Positions 28,650-38,327 of a stretch of DNA of 55,227 nt are shown here, in pieces; the stretch's first letter is position 1; each line of letters starts with the position of its first letter. The stretch covers positions 1 through 55,227 of the forward strand of contig CAZOHL010000005.1 in NCBI GenBank assembly GCA_964579645.1, given 5' to 3'. Origin of the DNA: an uncultured Rikenella sp. (GTDB taxonomy: Bacteria; Bacteroidota; Bacteroidia; Bacteroidales; VadinHA17). Under the pieces are notes generated by a model. That model was not told where the DNA came from and did no database searches. It saw only the letters and a program-made list of their open reading frames with translations. The position numbers were made by a program, and so were the translations under genes.

Positions 28650-28928
28650 TCAGTGTTCAATCCTGAACTCACTGAAGCCCTTTGGCGGCCCTTCGGTCAC
28701 CTCGGCACTGTCAACGAACCCTGTTCCGGGTCCCCGCCTGCACCATGCCGTAAACTCTGCCAGCTGTTCCAGCGTTCCTTCCGCCTCGATAAATACGCTA
28801 CCGTCAGCCATGTTTTTCACATATCCGGTAACTCCCCGTTTCCACGCCTCACGGGCGGCGCTCCAACGGAACCCAACTCCCTGCACCATGCCGGTGACAT
28901 GTATCCTGTAATGAACCTTCATTCCCAT
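28650..28928 (-). CDS. acyP: Acylphosphatase
   Basis: 92 aa. VTGMVQGVGFRWSA...GVTGYVKNMADGSVFIEAEG fingerprint. Confidence 0.85.
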   Translation of the reverse strand: MGMKVHYRIHVTGMVQGVGFRWSAAREAWKRGVTGYVKNMADGSVFIEAEGTLEQLAEFTAWCRRGPGTGFVDSAEVTEGPPKGFSEFRIEH

Positions 28929-29046
28929 TCTTTACTGGATTCTGAACTGAAGCGAATACACCAGATTTCTGTTTTTACCTGTAATTTAAGTTAATTTTAC
29001 ACATTTGTCAAATGATTTGTTAGCAGGAAGGAGGCTGATTCCTCTG

Positions 29047-31158
29047 ATGAAAAAGGGATTGAAAATAACTCTTGTGGTACTCGGGGTAATTATATTCATC
29101 CCGGTATTTTTCATCAGCTCTGTTCAGGCCGGTATCTTCGGCCGTCTGCCCGGGAAGAAGGAACTCAGCAATTTCCGCAACGCCACGGCTTCAGTAGTGC
29201 TGTCGCTCGAAGGAGAGACAATAGGCAGGTTTTTTTCAGAGAACCGGATCGCCATACCCTTTGACCAGATGCCGCCTCATCTGATCAACGCACTTGTAGC
29301 CACCGAGGATGCCCGTTTTTATGAGCATTCCGGGGTCGACTCAAGGAGTCTAATCAGGGTAATATTCAAAACCATCCTGTTCAACGACCGCAGTTCCGGA
29401 GGAGGGAGCACAATCACCCAGCAGCTGGCAAAGAACATGTACGGCCGGAAGGATTACCGGGTATTCTCCGTCATCCTGAACAAGACCAGGGAAGTCATCC
29501 TTGCGAAGCGCATTGAAAAGGTTTTCTCAAAGGAGGAGATTCTGACGCTCTACCTGAACACTGTCTCGTTCGGCGAAAACATTTATGGCATTGAGGCAGC
29601 TTCGCAACGCTATTTCAGCAAAAAGACAGCTGACCTGAAGGTAGAGGAGGCGGCCCTGCTCACCGGTATGCTGAAGGCCAACACAGCCTTCAATCCGCGT
29701 CTGTATCCTCATAACGCCGTCAGAAGGCGCAATGTGGTCCTGGGACAAATGGAGAAATACGGCTACCTGGCCGGCAGGGCCGCCGATTCGCTCAGCGCGC
29801 TGCCTCTCAGGCTCGATTACAGTAAGACTGATCTCTCCGGGCCCGCTGATTACTTCATGGTCAGGGTAAGGATGGAGGCAGAGCGGATACTGAAGGATAT
29901 TTCAGCCTACCGCGGGAAAGACTGGGACATCGAGCGTGACGGACTGATCATTACAACAACACTCAGGATGCCACTTCAGAAGGCTGCCGGCGAGGCATTC
30001 GCCGCTCATATGCCCAGGATGCAGAAGAAGCTTGATGAACAATATAATACATCATCTGGGCGCAGAGCCCTGAAAGAGATTCCTGACAGCCTGAAGAAGA
30101 TGATGACAACCCTACAGGCAGGACTCCTTGCAATGGACCCGGCCTCCGGGGCTGTAATGGCCTGGACCGGGGGAATTGATTTCAAAACCCAGCCATATGA
30201 CCAGATAATGGCAAGAAGGCAGCTGGCATCAGTCTTCAAACCATTCATTTACGCGGCTGCGCTTGAAGACGGGGTGGAACCATGCAGGTATCTCGACAAC
30301 GACTCAGTAACACTGTCGGGATTCAACGACTGGAGTCCTGAAAACTACAACCACTCATACGGCGGCAAGTACTCTCTTGCAGGAGCACTGGCACAGAGCA
30401 TGAATATACCCACCTTCAGCCTCTTCCTGATGATCGGGTTCGATAAGGTTGACAGACTGTGGCAGAATATGGGCTTCTCCTTTCCACTTGTGAATACCCC
30501 TTCGCTTGCTATGGGCACTGCTGAAGCAAGCATACTGGAAGTTGCAAGGGCATATGCCGCCTTCGCCAACGGCGGGATGATTGTCAATCCTTACCTTATT
30601 GAATCGGTGAAGGCGCCTGATGGCAGGGTGCTTTGGCAGTACGCACCGCCACGCGGATTGGACAGGGTTCTTTCCGAGCGTTCCGCCACACTCATGGCTG
30701 CCATGCTTGAGAAGGCAATCAGGGAAGGAACAGGCGCCTCTGCTCACAGTGTTTACGGTGTGAAGGTACCTCTTGCAGGAAAGACAGGCACCTCGCAGAA
30801 TTATGCCGATGCCTGGTTCGCAGCCTTCAACCCGGGAATAGTCATTGTAAGCCGGGTGGGGGCTTCCTCACCCTCGATCCATTTCAACAGCGGCTCGTAT
30901 GGTTCGGGTAGCGCCCTGGCTCTGCCCCTTGTGGCGATGACCCTGAAAAAGGTTGAGAAAAACAAAGAAATAATGAGTGTGATAAACACCCCCTTCGCTC
31001 CATTGCCTCCGGAACTGGCGATGGCGCTTGACTGTCCTGACTTCAGGGAAAAGAGCTTTTTCGACAGGCTGATAGACATCTTCAGGGATAACAATATAGA
31101 CTACCAGAAGGAAACCCGGCGCAGAAGAATCATCCGTGGCCGGATTTTTAAGATCTGA
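29047..31158 (+). CDS. Bifunctional class A penicillin-binding protein (GT51 transglycosylase plus transpeptidase)
   Basis: ATEDARFYEHSGVD and GGSTITQQLAKN (GT51). SVFKPFIY (SxxK) and KTGTS (transpeptidase). ATG at 29047 is preferred over TTG at 29005. Confidence 0.85.
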   Translation: MKKGLKITLVVLGVIIFIPVFFISSVQAGIFGRLPGKKELSNFRNATASVVLSLEGETIGRFFSENRIAIPFDQMPPHLINALVATEDARFYEHSGVDSRSLIRVIFKTILFNDRSSGGGSTITQQLAKNMYGRKDYRVFSVILNKTREVILAKRIEKVFSKEEILTLYLNTVSFGENIYGIEAASQRYFSKKTADLKVEEAALLTGMLKANTAFNPRLYPHNAVRRRNVVLGQMEKYGYLAGRAADSLSALPLRLDYSKTDLSGPADYFMVRVRMEAERILKDISAYRGKDWDIERDGLIITTTLRMPLQKAAGEAFAAHMPRMQKKLDEQYNTSSGRRALKEIPDSLKKMMTTLQAGLLAMDPASGAVMAWTGGIDFKTQPYDQIMARRQLASVFKPFIYAAALEDGVEPCRYLDNDSVTLSGFNDWSPENYNHSYGGKYSLAGALAQSMNIPTFSLFLMIGFDKVDRLWQNMGFSFPLVNTPSLAMGTAEASILEVARAYAAFANGGMIVNPYLIESVKAPDGRVLWQYAPPRGLDRVLSERSATLMAAMLEKAIREGTGASAHSVYGVKVPLAGKTGTSQNYADAWFAAFNPGIVIVSRVGASSPSIHFNSGSYGSGSALALPLVAMTLKKVEKNKEIMSVINTPFAPLPPELAMALDCPDFREKSFFDRLIDIFRDNNIDYQKETRRRRIIRGRIFKI

Positions 31159-31228
31159 AATTCATCATTCCTTCATCTGGCACATCATACTTTTGCCCGG
31201 GTAGCACAAACCGTAAAACGAAAGCAAG

Positions 31229-32053
31229 ATGAAAAAGAAAGCGATCCTGTTGTTAACCGCGGCATTGATCTTTGTCGCAGGAGCATGCAACGAAATAAGG
31301 AACGGGAATGATTCCGGAAGAGTTATTATTAAGGTGACTGACGCACCGTTTGACATAAGCAACATTGAATCCGCCCTTGTAACAATCACAAAGGTAGAGC
31401 TGAAAAAAGAGGGTGATGGCATCAGTGACGGATATCAGTTCATCACTCTTTCGGAAGACACAGTGACTCTTGACCTGATTAACCTCAGGAACGGTGTTGC
31501 CGAGACACTTCTTGACATGGAGATCCCGTCGGGGACTTATGACATGATTCGCCTTTACATAGACGAAGCAGGACTCAAGCTGAAAGACTCTGATGAGATA
31601 CACAGGGTTAAAGTCCCCAGCGGCAGTCAGACAGGGATAAAGATTTTCCTGCGCCCGGCTCTGGAAGTCAGTGAGGGAAACCTGGAGGAGGTGCTTCTTG
31701 ACATCGATCTCTCCAGGTCATTCATTCTCAGGGGCAATCCCGCACACAATAACGGCTTCATCTTCAAGCCTGTTGTCAGGGCGGCCAATATGGCGAAGGC
31801 AGGCTGCATAAGAGGGCTGGTAACTGACACCGCCGGGATGAAAATCGGCGAGGCCACAGTTTGGGTGCATCAGGATACTGTTCTTGCCACTGCATTCACT
31901 GACACCCTGGGTTACTATGCAATTATGGGTGTGCCTGCGGGTTCGTGGTCAGTGTCAGCCACCAAAGAAGGCTATGATACTGTCCGTTTTGACGGGGTAA
32001 ATATCATTGCAGGAAATAAAACAGTTCAGAATTTCGAACTCACCAAAAAGTAA
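31229..32053 (+). CDS. DUF4382-type lipoprotein with a C-terminal carboxypeptidase-regulatory-like domain
   Basis: Lipobox VAGACN. IKVTDAPFD...ITKVELKK. C-terminus GLVTD..G..IGEATVWV....T..GYYAI.GVPAGSW. Confidence 0.6.
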   Translation: MKKKAILLLTAALIFVAGACNEIRNGNDSGRVIIKVTDAPFDISNIESALVTITKVELKKEGDGISDGYQFITLSEDTVTLDLINLRNGVAETLLDMEIPSGTYDMIRLYIDEAGLKLKDSDEIHRVKVPSGSQTGIKIFLRPALEVSEGNLEEVLLDIDLSRSFILRGNPAHNNGFIFKPVVRAANMAKAGCIRGLVTDTAGMKIGEATVWVHQDTVLATAFTDTLGYYAIMGVPAGSWSVSATKEGYDTVRFDGVNIIAGNKTVQNFELTKK

Positions 32054-32086
32054 CAGGCTGAAATAGTATAATATGGCTTAATTCCA

Positions 32087-32114
32087 AGCCGTGCCCCTCA
32101 GGCACGGCTTTTGT
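32087..32114 (+). terminator. Rho-independent terminator
   Basis: agccgtgcc-cctca-ggcacggct followed by tttgttttt. Confidence 0.8.
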
Positions 32115-32132
32115 TTTTGAATAATTATTTCC

Positions 32133-32140
32133 TAAATTTG
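32133..32140 (+). promoter_or_regulatory. Candidate -7 box TAaaTTTG for the M48 peptidase gene
   Basis: taaatttg lies 67 nt upstream of the ATG at 32207. Confidence 0.4.
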
Positions 32141-32206
32141 GAAGATTGCCGCCATTTTTATGGGGATGACCTAAATCCATTAAAAGGAAATCATTTACAC
32201 AATACA

Positions 32207-33673
32207 ATGAAAAAAAGAAGAACACTTATCTATGCAGCGCTGATAACCGCAGCATTGGTTACTGTGATATCCTGCGCTGTGAACCCGGTTACCGGAAGAA
32301 AACAGATAATGCTCATGTCAGAGGCGCAGGAAGTACAGCTGGGTTTATCCTATGACCCTCAGGTACTCGCCAGTTTCGGCGAATACAACAGCCCGGCTCT
32401 CCAGTCATGGGTCCAGGCAAAGGGAACCGAGATGGGCAAGCTGTCACACCGGCCGAACCTGGAATATCATGTAAAGGTGGTAGACTCACCTGTTGTAAAC
32501 GCCTTTGCTGTTCCGGGCGGTTACATCTACCTGACGAGAGGCATAATGGCCAATCTCAATAATGAAGCTGAATTCATCGGCGTTCTGGGTCATGAGATGG
32601 GGCATATAGCCGCCCGCCACTCTGTGAGCCAGCAGACCAAGCAGCAACTGGGTACCCTTCTTCTGATAGGCGGAATGATAGCCTCTCCGAAGTTCGCCAA
32701 CTATGCCGAACAGGCTATGCAGGGACTTGAACTGCTTTTCCTCAGTTTCAGCCGCGAGGATGAACGGGAAGCTGACGCCCTCGGATCAGAATATGCCACG
32801 AAAATGGCATACGACGGAACCAGAATGGCCGATTTCTACAAGGTGCTGATAAGAATGAACCTCGCTCAATCCGAAGGGGGAGTACCCACCTTTCTCTCCA
32901 CCCACCCCGATCCGGGTGACCGTTACAATGCCGTGCTGAGGAACACAAAGGCATGGCAGGACAGCCTGAAGCTTCCCTCCTACAAGGTAAATGCAGATTC
33001 ATATCTACAGATGATTGACGGGATGATATACGGCGAGGATCCGAAACAGGGATATACAATGGACAACACCTTCTATCATCCCGAGCTCAGATTCAAGTTC
33101 TCCTACCCTCTCGGATGGCAACTGACAAATGCACCTACACAGGTGACCGTTCAGCCTTCTGACGGCAAAGCGCTGATGCTCTTCACCCTCTCCGGCCAGA
33201 AAACCCTTCAGTCAGCTGTTGACACCACAATGGCAATGTACGGTCTTCAGCTGCAACGCTCCGAGAAAAAGACAGTAAACGGCCTGCAGGCAATAGCCAC
33301 TCTTTCAAAGCAGCAGGTGCAGGACCAGTCAACGGGTACCACAGGTGCCAATGCCGTCATCTCATATTTCGTTCAGTACGGATCAATGATCTACGTATTC
33401 CACGGTGTCTCCACAGAAGCTGACTTTGCAGGTTATGCTCCCACCATGGAGGCATCAATGAAGACTTTCGCTCAGCTAACTGATCAATCGAGGATCAACG
33501 TCAAACCCAAAAGGGTTTTTGTCAGAAAGGCTCCAAAGACAGGTACTCTTGCCAGCACACTCAGCTATTTCAATATGCCCCAGGCAATGATGGAAGAACT
33601 CTCCCTGCTCAACAACATGGAGCTTAATGAAACAGTGCCTGCCGGGAAATACATCAAGATTGTTTCCGAATAA
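32207..33673 (+). CDS. M48-family zinc metallopeptidase lipoprotein
   Basis: MKKRRTLIYAALITAALVTVISC lipobox (ATG at 32207). Zinc motif VLGHEMGHIAARH. Confidence 0.8.
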   Translation: MKKRRTLIYAALITAALVTVISCAVNPVTGRKQIMLMSEAQEVQLGLSYDPQVLASFGEYNSPALQSWVQAKGTEMGKLSHRPNLEYHVKVVDSPVVNAFAVPGGYIYLTRGIMANLNNEAEFIGVLGHEMGHIAARHSVSQQTKQQLGTLLLIGGMIASPKFANYAEQAMQGLELLFLSFSREDEREADALGSEYATKMAYDGTRMADFYKVLIRMNLAQSEGGVPTFLSTHPDPGDRYNAVLRNTKAWQDSLKLPSYKVNADSYLQMIDGMIYGEDPKQGYTMDNTFYHPELRFKFSYPLGWQLTNAPTQVTVQPSDGKALMLFTLSGQKTLQSAVDTTMAMYGLQLQRSEKKTVNGLQAIATLSKQQVQDQSTGTTGANAVISYFVQYGSMIYVFHGVSTEADFAGYAPTMEASMKTFAQLTDQSRINVKPKRVFVRKAPKTGTLASTLSYFNMPQAMMEELSLLNNMELNETVPAGKYIKIVSE

Positions 33674-33764
33674 GCCGGATTGAACTGACCACTGACTCCA
33701 CTACCCTAAAAACTGACTGACATTGACTGACCAGACATACCGGAAATCAGGCTACAGGGCCTGG

Positions 33765-34700
33765 ATGGACAAAAACGGGCTCTATCTGAAATATGGTTCT
33801 GTTGCCCTGCTTGTACTCATACTGTTTGCCACCACCCTCTTTCAGATTCAGCCTGAAGAGGTGGGAGTAATAACAAGGTTCGGGAAATATGTCCGAAAGG
33901 TTGAGCCGGGGCTCAATCTCAAGTTCCCCGTAATCGAGAAACTTTACAAGGTTGCCGTCGAAAGGCAGCAGAAGGAGGAATTCGGTTTCCGGACAACAGC
34001 TCCCGGCGTCCGTTCTGAATATACAAAGGAAGGGACAGCGGACGAGTCGCTGATGCTTACCGGTGATCTCAACCTTGCCGATGTTGAATGGGTGGTGCAA
34101 TACCGCATTGAGGATCCTTACAGCTTCCTTTTCAGGGTCAGGGAACCGGTGGTGGCCCTTCGTGATATCTCAGAGGCTTCGATGCGCGAGATAGTGGGTG
34201 ACCGCACAGTTAACGAAGTGCTTACCGTGGGAAGAGCCGAAATTGCATCCACTGTTCAGCAAAAGATTCAGGAGCTCTGCTCCGAGTACTCTCTGGGCAT
34301 CAGGATTGAACAGGTGGTTTTGCAGGATGTCAACCCGCCTGACCCAGTCAAGGATGCCTTCAACGATGTAAACCAGGCCCAGCAGGAGAGGGAAACGCTC
34401 ATTAACCAGGCCCGCTCGGAATACAACAAGGTTATTCCCAAGGCGAAGGGCCAGGCTGAGGAAACAGTTCAGCGGGCCGAAGGATACGCCACTGAAAGGG
34501 TGAATAACGCACTGGGTGAAGCCTTTCGCTTCAATGCACTTTACACTGAATATGTAAAGGCTCCTGAAGTGACCAGGAGGAGATTATACCTCGAGACAAT
34601 GACTGATATAATCCCCAGGGCGGGCAACAAGGTCATTACAGATGAAAGCGGCAACAACCTGTTGCCTCTGTTGCAGATGCAGCTAACCTCAAAGAAGTAG
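33765..34700 (+). CDS. hflK: FtsH protease modulator HflK (SPFH/band-7)
   Basis: TM segment, then QPEEVGVITRFGKY.R...PGLN.KFP and a coiled-coil C-terminus. The start could instead be TTG at 33723. Confidence 0.8.
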   Translation: MDKNGLYLKYGSVALLVLILFATTLFQIQPEEVGVITRFGKYVRKVEPGLNLKFPVIEKLYKVAVERQQKEEFGFRTTAPGVRSEYTKEGTADESLMLTGDLNLADVEWVVQYRIEDPYSFLFRVREPVVALRDISEASMREIVGDRTVNEVLTVGRAEIASTVQQKIQELCSEYSLGIRIEQVVLQDVNPPDPVKDAFNDVNQAQQERETLINQARSEYNKVIPKAKGQAEETVQRAEGYATERVNNALGEAFRFNALYTEYVKAPEVTRRRLYLETMTDIIPRAGNKVITDESGNNLLPLLQMQLTSKK

Positions 34701-34703
34701 ACC

Positions 34704-35654
34704 ATGCGCACAAATACAACAAGACTTGTTTTGACTATCTCGGTGCTGCTGGCATCATTGATTGTAATTCTGGAGTGCGTCTACAAGGTAAAGGAGACCG
34801 AACAGGTAGTCGTTACACAATTCGGTAAACCGGTCGGTGAACCCAAAACCACCCCGGGACTAAAGATTAAAATGCCTTTCATTCAGCGTGCCAACTATTT
34901 CGAGAAGAGGTATATGGAGTGGGATGGCGATCCGAACCAGGTGCCCACAAAGGACAAGAAGTTCATCTTCGTTGATACCTATGCCCGGTGGCAGATAACT
35001 GACCCTCTTCAGTTCTTCAAGAGGCTGACGGACGAGCGTGGTGCACAGTCAAGGCTGGCTGATATTCTTGATGGTGAAACCCGTGACCATATTGCCGGCC
35101 ACAACCTTGAGGAGGTGGTCAGGTCAGTCAACAGAACCCCTGTTTCATCAGGGCTGATCGGTGAGGAGACCGGAGACACCCTCAACACAATCATAACAGG
35201 GAGGCAGAAGATTGAGGATATGATCCTGATCTCGGCGAATGACAAGGCTAAAGACCTTGGAATCATCATTCTTGACGTCAGGATTAAGCGCCTCAATTAT
35301 GTCGAGGAAGTGAGGACCCAGATATATGAGCGGATGAAGAGCGAACGTTACCGTATTGCCGAGCGCTTCAGGTCAGAAGGTCAGGGGGAAGCTTCAAAGA
35401 TTAACGGAGAGAAAGAGCGTGACCTGAAGACAATCCAGTCTGAGGCATACCGGAAGGCGGAGGAGATACGTGGTCGTGCTGATGCAAGAGCAGCAGCAAT
35501 TTATGCCGGTGCCTATGACCAGTCTGCAGCCGCCCGTAACCTTTACGGATTCATGAAATCGCTTGAAACATTCCGGCTGACGTTCGACTCCACAACCACA
35601 ATCATACTGTCAACTGACAGTGAGCTTTACAAATACCTGAACGGTTTCAATTAA
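34704..35654 (+). CDS. hflC: FtsH protease modulator HflC (SPFH/band-7)
   Basis: TM segment, then KETEQVVVTQFGKP...PGLKIKMPFIQ. Adjacent to hflK. Confidence 0.85.
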   Translation: MRTNTTRLVLTISVLLASLIVILECVYKVKETEQVVVTQFGKPVGEPKTTPGLKIKMPFIQRANYFEKRYMEWDGDPNQVPTKDKKFIFVDTYARWQITDPLQFFKRLTDERGAQSRLADILDGETRDHIAGHNLEEVVRSVNRTPVSSGLIGEETGDTLNTIITGRQKIEDMILISANDKAKDLGIIILDVRIKRLNYVEEVRTQIYERMKSERYRIAERFRSEGQGEASKINGEKERDLKTIQSEAYRKAEEIRGRADARAAAIYAGAYDQSAAARNLYGFMKSLETFRLTFDSTTTIILSTDSELYKYLNGFN

Positions 35655-35991
35655 TCAGTTCTGTTTCCTCCTACGGACAGGCACAAACCCTCAGTGACGT
35701 TGTCACAGCCGTGTCACCGTTGGTCACTGGTTGATTGGTGTCTGTCAAAAGAGACTGGCTGAAAGCTCCTTTCATCCGTATATTAGTGTGGAATTCATTA
35801 CTCTGGCAGATGAAAACTTACTATCAGATAACAGCCGAAGGAATAGGTATTGTACTGCTCCGGAAAAGAAAGATTGCCAAAGCACTTCGCAGGTGGTTGC
35901 GTGAAAAGGGATTGTCCTACGAATACGTTTTTTACATCCAATAATCTTTCAGGAAAAGGTTCTGTTTAATGATTTTTCCGGAGCCATGGAG

Positions 35992-36019
35992 ACCGGTCCG
36001 TCAGGGCCGGTTTTCTTTT
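35992..36019 (+). terminator. Rho-independent terminator inside the long hflC-mscL spacer
   Basis: accggtcc-gtca-gggccggt followed by tttctttt. Confidence 0.6.
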
Positions 36020-36303
36020 ACAATTCTGTAACCGCTACGCGGTAATCAGATGTATCCCATATCCAAATATCCAATTCCCGATGGCAATGGTTCCGCGTAG
36101 CGGATAAAGCATTGTATTGCTACAACTGCACAAAAGGCCGCACTCTTGCGAGTGCAGCCTCTTTTCTATGTTTGTTGCGGCCTGCCGTTCTAGCCCCTGT
36201 CAGGGAAGAACCTGCGCCACCAGTAATATTTCCTTATTCTTGCCATAGTAAAATCGTTTGCAAATATGCAAACAAATTTCGGCAGGAATTATTGTATGAT
36301 GAA

Positions 36304-36735
36304 CTATTTTTTCAGCAGATCACGAATTTCCTTCAGCAGGGTAACCTCTTCACTGGGAGGAGGAGGAGTAGCAGGAGCAGCTTCTTCCTTCTTCTTAAGG
36401 CTGTTCATCGCCTTGATAACGAAGAAAATACAGAGCGCAACAATCAGGAAATCAATAATATTCTGAATGAAGTTGCCGTATTTGATTGCTACCTCGCTTA
36501 CGGCAGGCTGAACAACCGCAGCCCCGTCCATAACTGCATCGCTTCCTTTCTGCAGGACAGCCTTCAGGTTGGTGAAGTCAACCTTGCCGAGAAGCATGCC
36601 AAGCGGTGGCATGAGAACGTCATTCACCAGTGAGGTGATAATCTTTCCGAATGCTCCGCCGATGATGATACCAACGGCCATGTCAAGCATGTTTCCCTTA
36701 ACGGCAAACTCCTTGAATTCCTTTACTATTCCCAT
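36304..36735 (-). CDS. mscL: Large-conductance mechanosensitive channel
   Basis: [46 protein letters not shown] is a near-canonical MscL N-terminus. Confidence 0.95.
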   Translation of the reverse strand: MGIVKEFKEFAVKGNMLDMAVGIIIGGAFGKIITSLVNDVLMPPLGMLLGKVDFTNLKAVLQKGSDAVMDGAAVVQPAVSEVAIKYGNFIQNIIDFLIVALCIFFVIKAMNSLKKKEEAAPATPPPPSEEVTLLKEIRDLLKK

Positions 36736-36782
36736 AATTGATCAGGTTTTTGGTTTGTTTATACAAACAGGTTAACTGATAT

Positions 36783-36790
36783 CAAATATA
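36783..36790 (-). promoter_or_regulatory. Candidate -7 box (TATATTTG on the minus strand) for mscL
   Basis: Plus-strand caaatata lies 48 nt upstream of the mscL start. Confidence 0.4.
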
Positions 36791-36939
36791 CAAAAAGGTA
36801 TGACATATTCATTTTTAGCGTCTGATTTTAGTTTTCACGGCCGTCATTGATAGAACCCGATTTTTTTGATTAACTTACGGTGTTTCCAGGCACATAAAAA
36901 AAGAGTGACAACACGTTTAATAATAACCTTTTAAAATGA

Positions 36940-37146
36940 ATGATTATGGCAGTACTAAAAGTTATCGAGATTCTTGCATCATCGCCGGTTAGCTGGGAAG
37001 ATGCAACAGCCTCTGCCGTGAAGATGGCAGCAAAGACAGTCAAGGAAATACGTTCTGTGTATGTGCAGGACCAGAGTGCTGTGGTGGTCAAAAACAAGAT
37101 CACCGAATACCGTGTTAATGTTAAAATAACCTTTGAAGTAATCTGA
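36940..37146 (+). CDS. Dodecin-family flavin-binding protein
   Basis: 68 aa. VLKVIEILASSPVSWEDA...AVKMAAKTVKEIRSVYV...YRVNVKITFEV. Confidence 0.75.
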   Translation: MIMAVLKVIEILASSPVSWEDATASAVKMAAKTVKEIRSVYVQDQSAVVVKNKITEYRVNVKITFEVI

Positions 37147-37159
37147 TAAAAAGAAAACT

Positions 37160-37621
37160 ATGGGACTTATTTCATTTATCAAGAATGCAGGTGCGAAGAT
37201 CTTCAAGTCAGAAGAGAAACGTGAAGAGGAAAAGGCACTCATGATTACCGAGCACATCAAAAAGTTCGGCTTTGACGTGAGCAAGGTGAGAGTTGCCGTC
37301 GATGGCGAAAAGGTGGTTCTTACCGGATCAGTCGACACCCTGTCAAACAAGAACAAGATAATCGTTACGGCAGGCAACATCGAAGGCATCTCGGTTGTCG
37401 AAGATCATCTCCTTGTCACAACGCCGGAACCTGTGGCACCTCCGGCACCTGAGAAGCAGTTTTACACGGTAAAGAAGGGTGATTACCTCTCGAAGATAGC
37501 CAAGGAGGTTTACGGTGACGCCAAGAAATACCCGATTATCTTTGAAGCCAACAAACCGATGCTCAAGGATCCGGATCTCATCTATCCCGGTCAGGTCCTT
37601 GTTATTCCTCCAATCAAATAA
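37160..37621 (+). CDS. kbp: BON-LysM protein, homolog of the E. coli potassium-binding protein Kbp (YgaU)
   Basis: MGLISFIKNAGAKIF...; C-terminus FYTVKKGDYLSKIAKEVYGDAKKYPIIFEANKPMLKDPDLIYPGQVLVIP closely parallels YgaU. Confidence 0.85.
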   Translation: MGLISFIKNAGAKIFKSEEKREEEKALMITEHIKKFGFDVSKVRVAVDGEKVVLTGSVDTLSNKNKIIVTAGNIEGISVVEDHLLVTTPEPVAPPAPEKQFYTVKKGDYLSKIAKEVYGDAKKYPIIFEANKPMLKDPDLIYPGQVLVIPPIK

Positions 37622-37645
37622 CAACATAATTTTCATGTATGTGGT

Positions 37646-37674
37646 GTAGAGACGGATCTGAGATCCGTCTCTAC
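37646..37674 (+). terminator. Strong hairpin terminator after the kbp-like gene
   Basis: 13-bp stem gtagagacggatc-tga-gatccgtctctac, followed by tgttta. Confidence 0.7.
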
Positions 37675-37707
37675 TGTTTATGCACAACATTTGATCAATA
37701 TTGTTGT

Positions 37708-37715
37708 TATATTTG
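37708..37715 (+). promoter_or_regulatory. Candidate -7 box TAtaTTTG for the Cys/His-rich gene
   Basis: tatatttg lies 5 nt before the GTG at 37721, which implies a very short or leaderless mRNA. Confidence 0.35.
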
Positions 37716-37720
37716 CAGCG

Positions 37721-38203
37721 GTGAAAAAGATACGCATCATATCGCCAATCATTTCTGTATTCCTGATAACTCTCATTTTATCAGGCAGCTTCGGATTTAC
37801 CCTCATTCATCATACCTGCATTCACTGCGGAACCGATGAAACGATAGCCTCTCTTACAGGTGATACTGTTGAAAATACTTGCATCAGCCATCACGGCAGT
37901 GCCTGCTGCGGCAACCCGGGGGCGACCTGCTGCAGCCATGGAGATGGTGAAATGCAGCACCGGCACAGCACCTGCGAACCCGTCTTATCCGATGACTGCT
38001 GCACACACGAGACCGAACGGGTTATAACTGACGAGCTTGTCCGTACAGAGGTGCAAAATGAGATTCTTCCTTACTTCCTTGCAGCTACCGTAATTGCTGT
38101 AATTGAAGATGATCAAAATAACAATTTCAGCCATTTTTCAGCAGAGCAGCCGTTCCATTGCGGACGTGACCTGACCACAATACTCTGCCGTATCCGCTCC
38201 TGA
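37721..38203 (+). CDS. Small N-terminally anchored Cys/His-rich protein (architecture recalls the uncharacterised Bacteroidota HYC_CC_PP family)
   Basis: TM helix IISPIISVFLITLILSG, then LIHHTCIHCG, SACCG, ATCCSHGDGEMQHRH, DDCCTHE. The GTG 37721 start is inferred; the ORF is open from 37691. Confidence 0.5.
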   Translation: MKKIRIISPIISVFLITLILSGSFGFTLIHHTCIHCGTDETIASLTGDTVENTCISHHGSACCGNPGATCCSHGDGEMQHRHSTCEPVLSDDCCTHETERVITDELVRTEVQNEILPYFLAATVIAVIEDDQNNNFSHFSAEQPFHCGRDLTTILCRIRS

Positions 38204-38327
38204 TACTCTCATAGGGAAACAACTGACCGTGGAAAGGATAACTGACCTGCCCGGTTGCAGTTGTCTGCATAAGGTTTCCAATAACCGCTGCAGTAATTCT
38301 ATTTAATTAATTTTCAACATTTTCCCT

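Noticed and set aside
36112-36633. 173-aa plus-strand ORF, with 36266..36466
   Set aside because: It overlaps mscL on the opposite strand, and mscL is an unambiguous call. The remaining upstream part is covered by hairpin-rich non-coding sequence.
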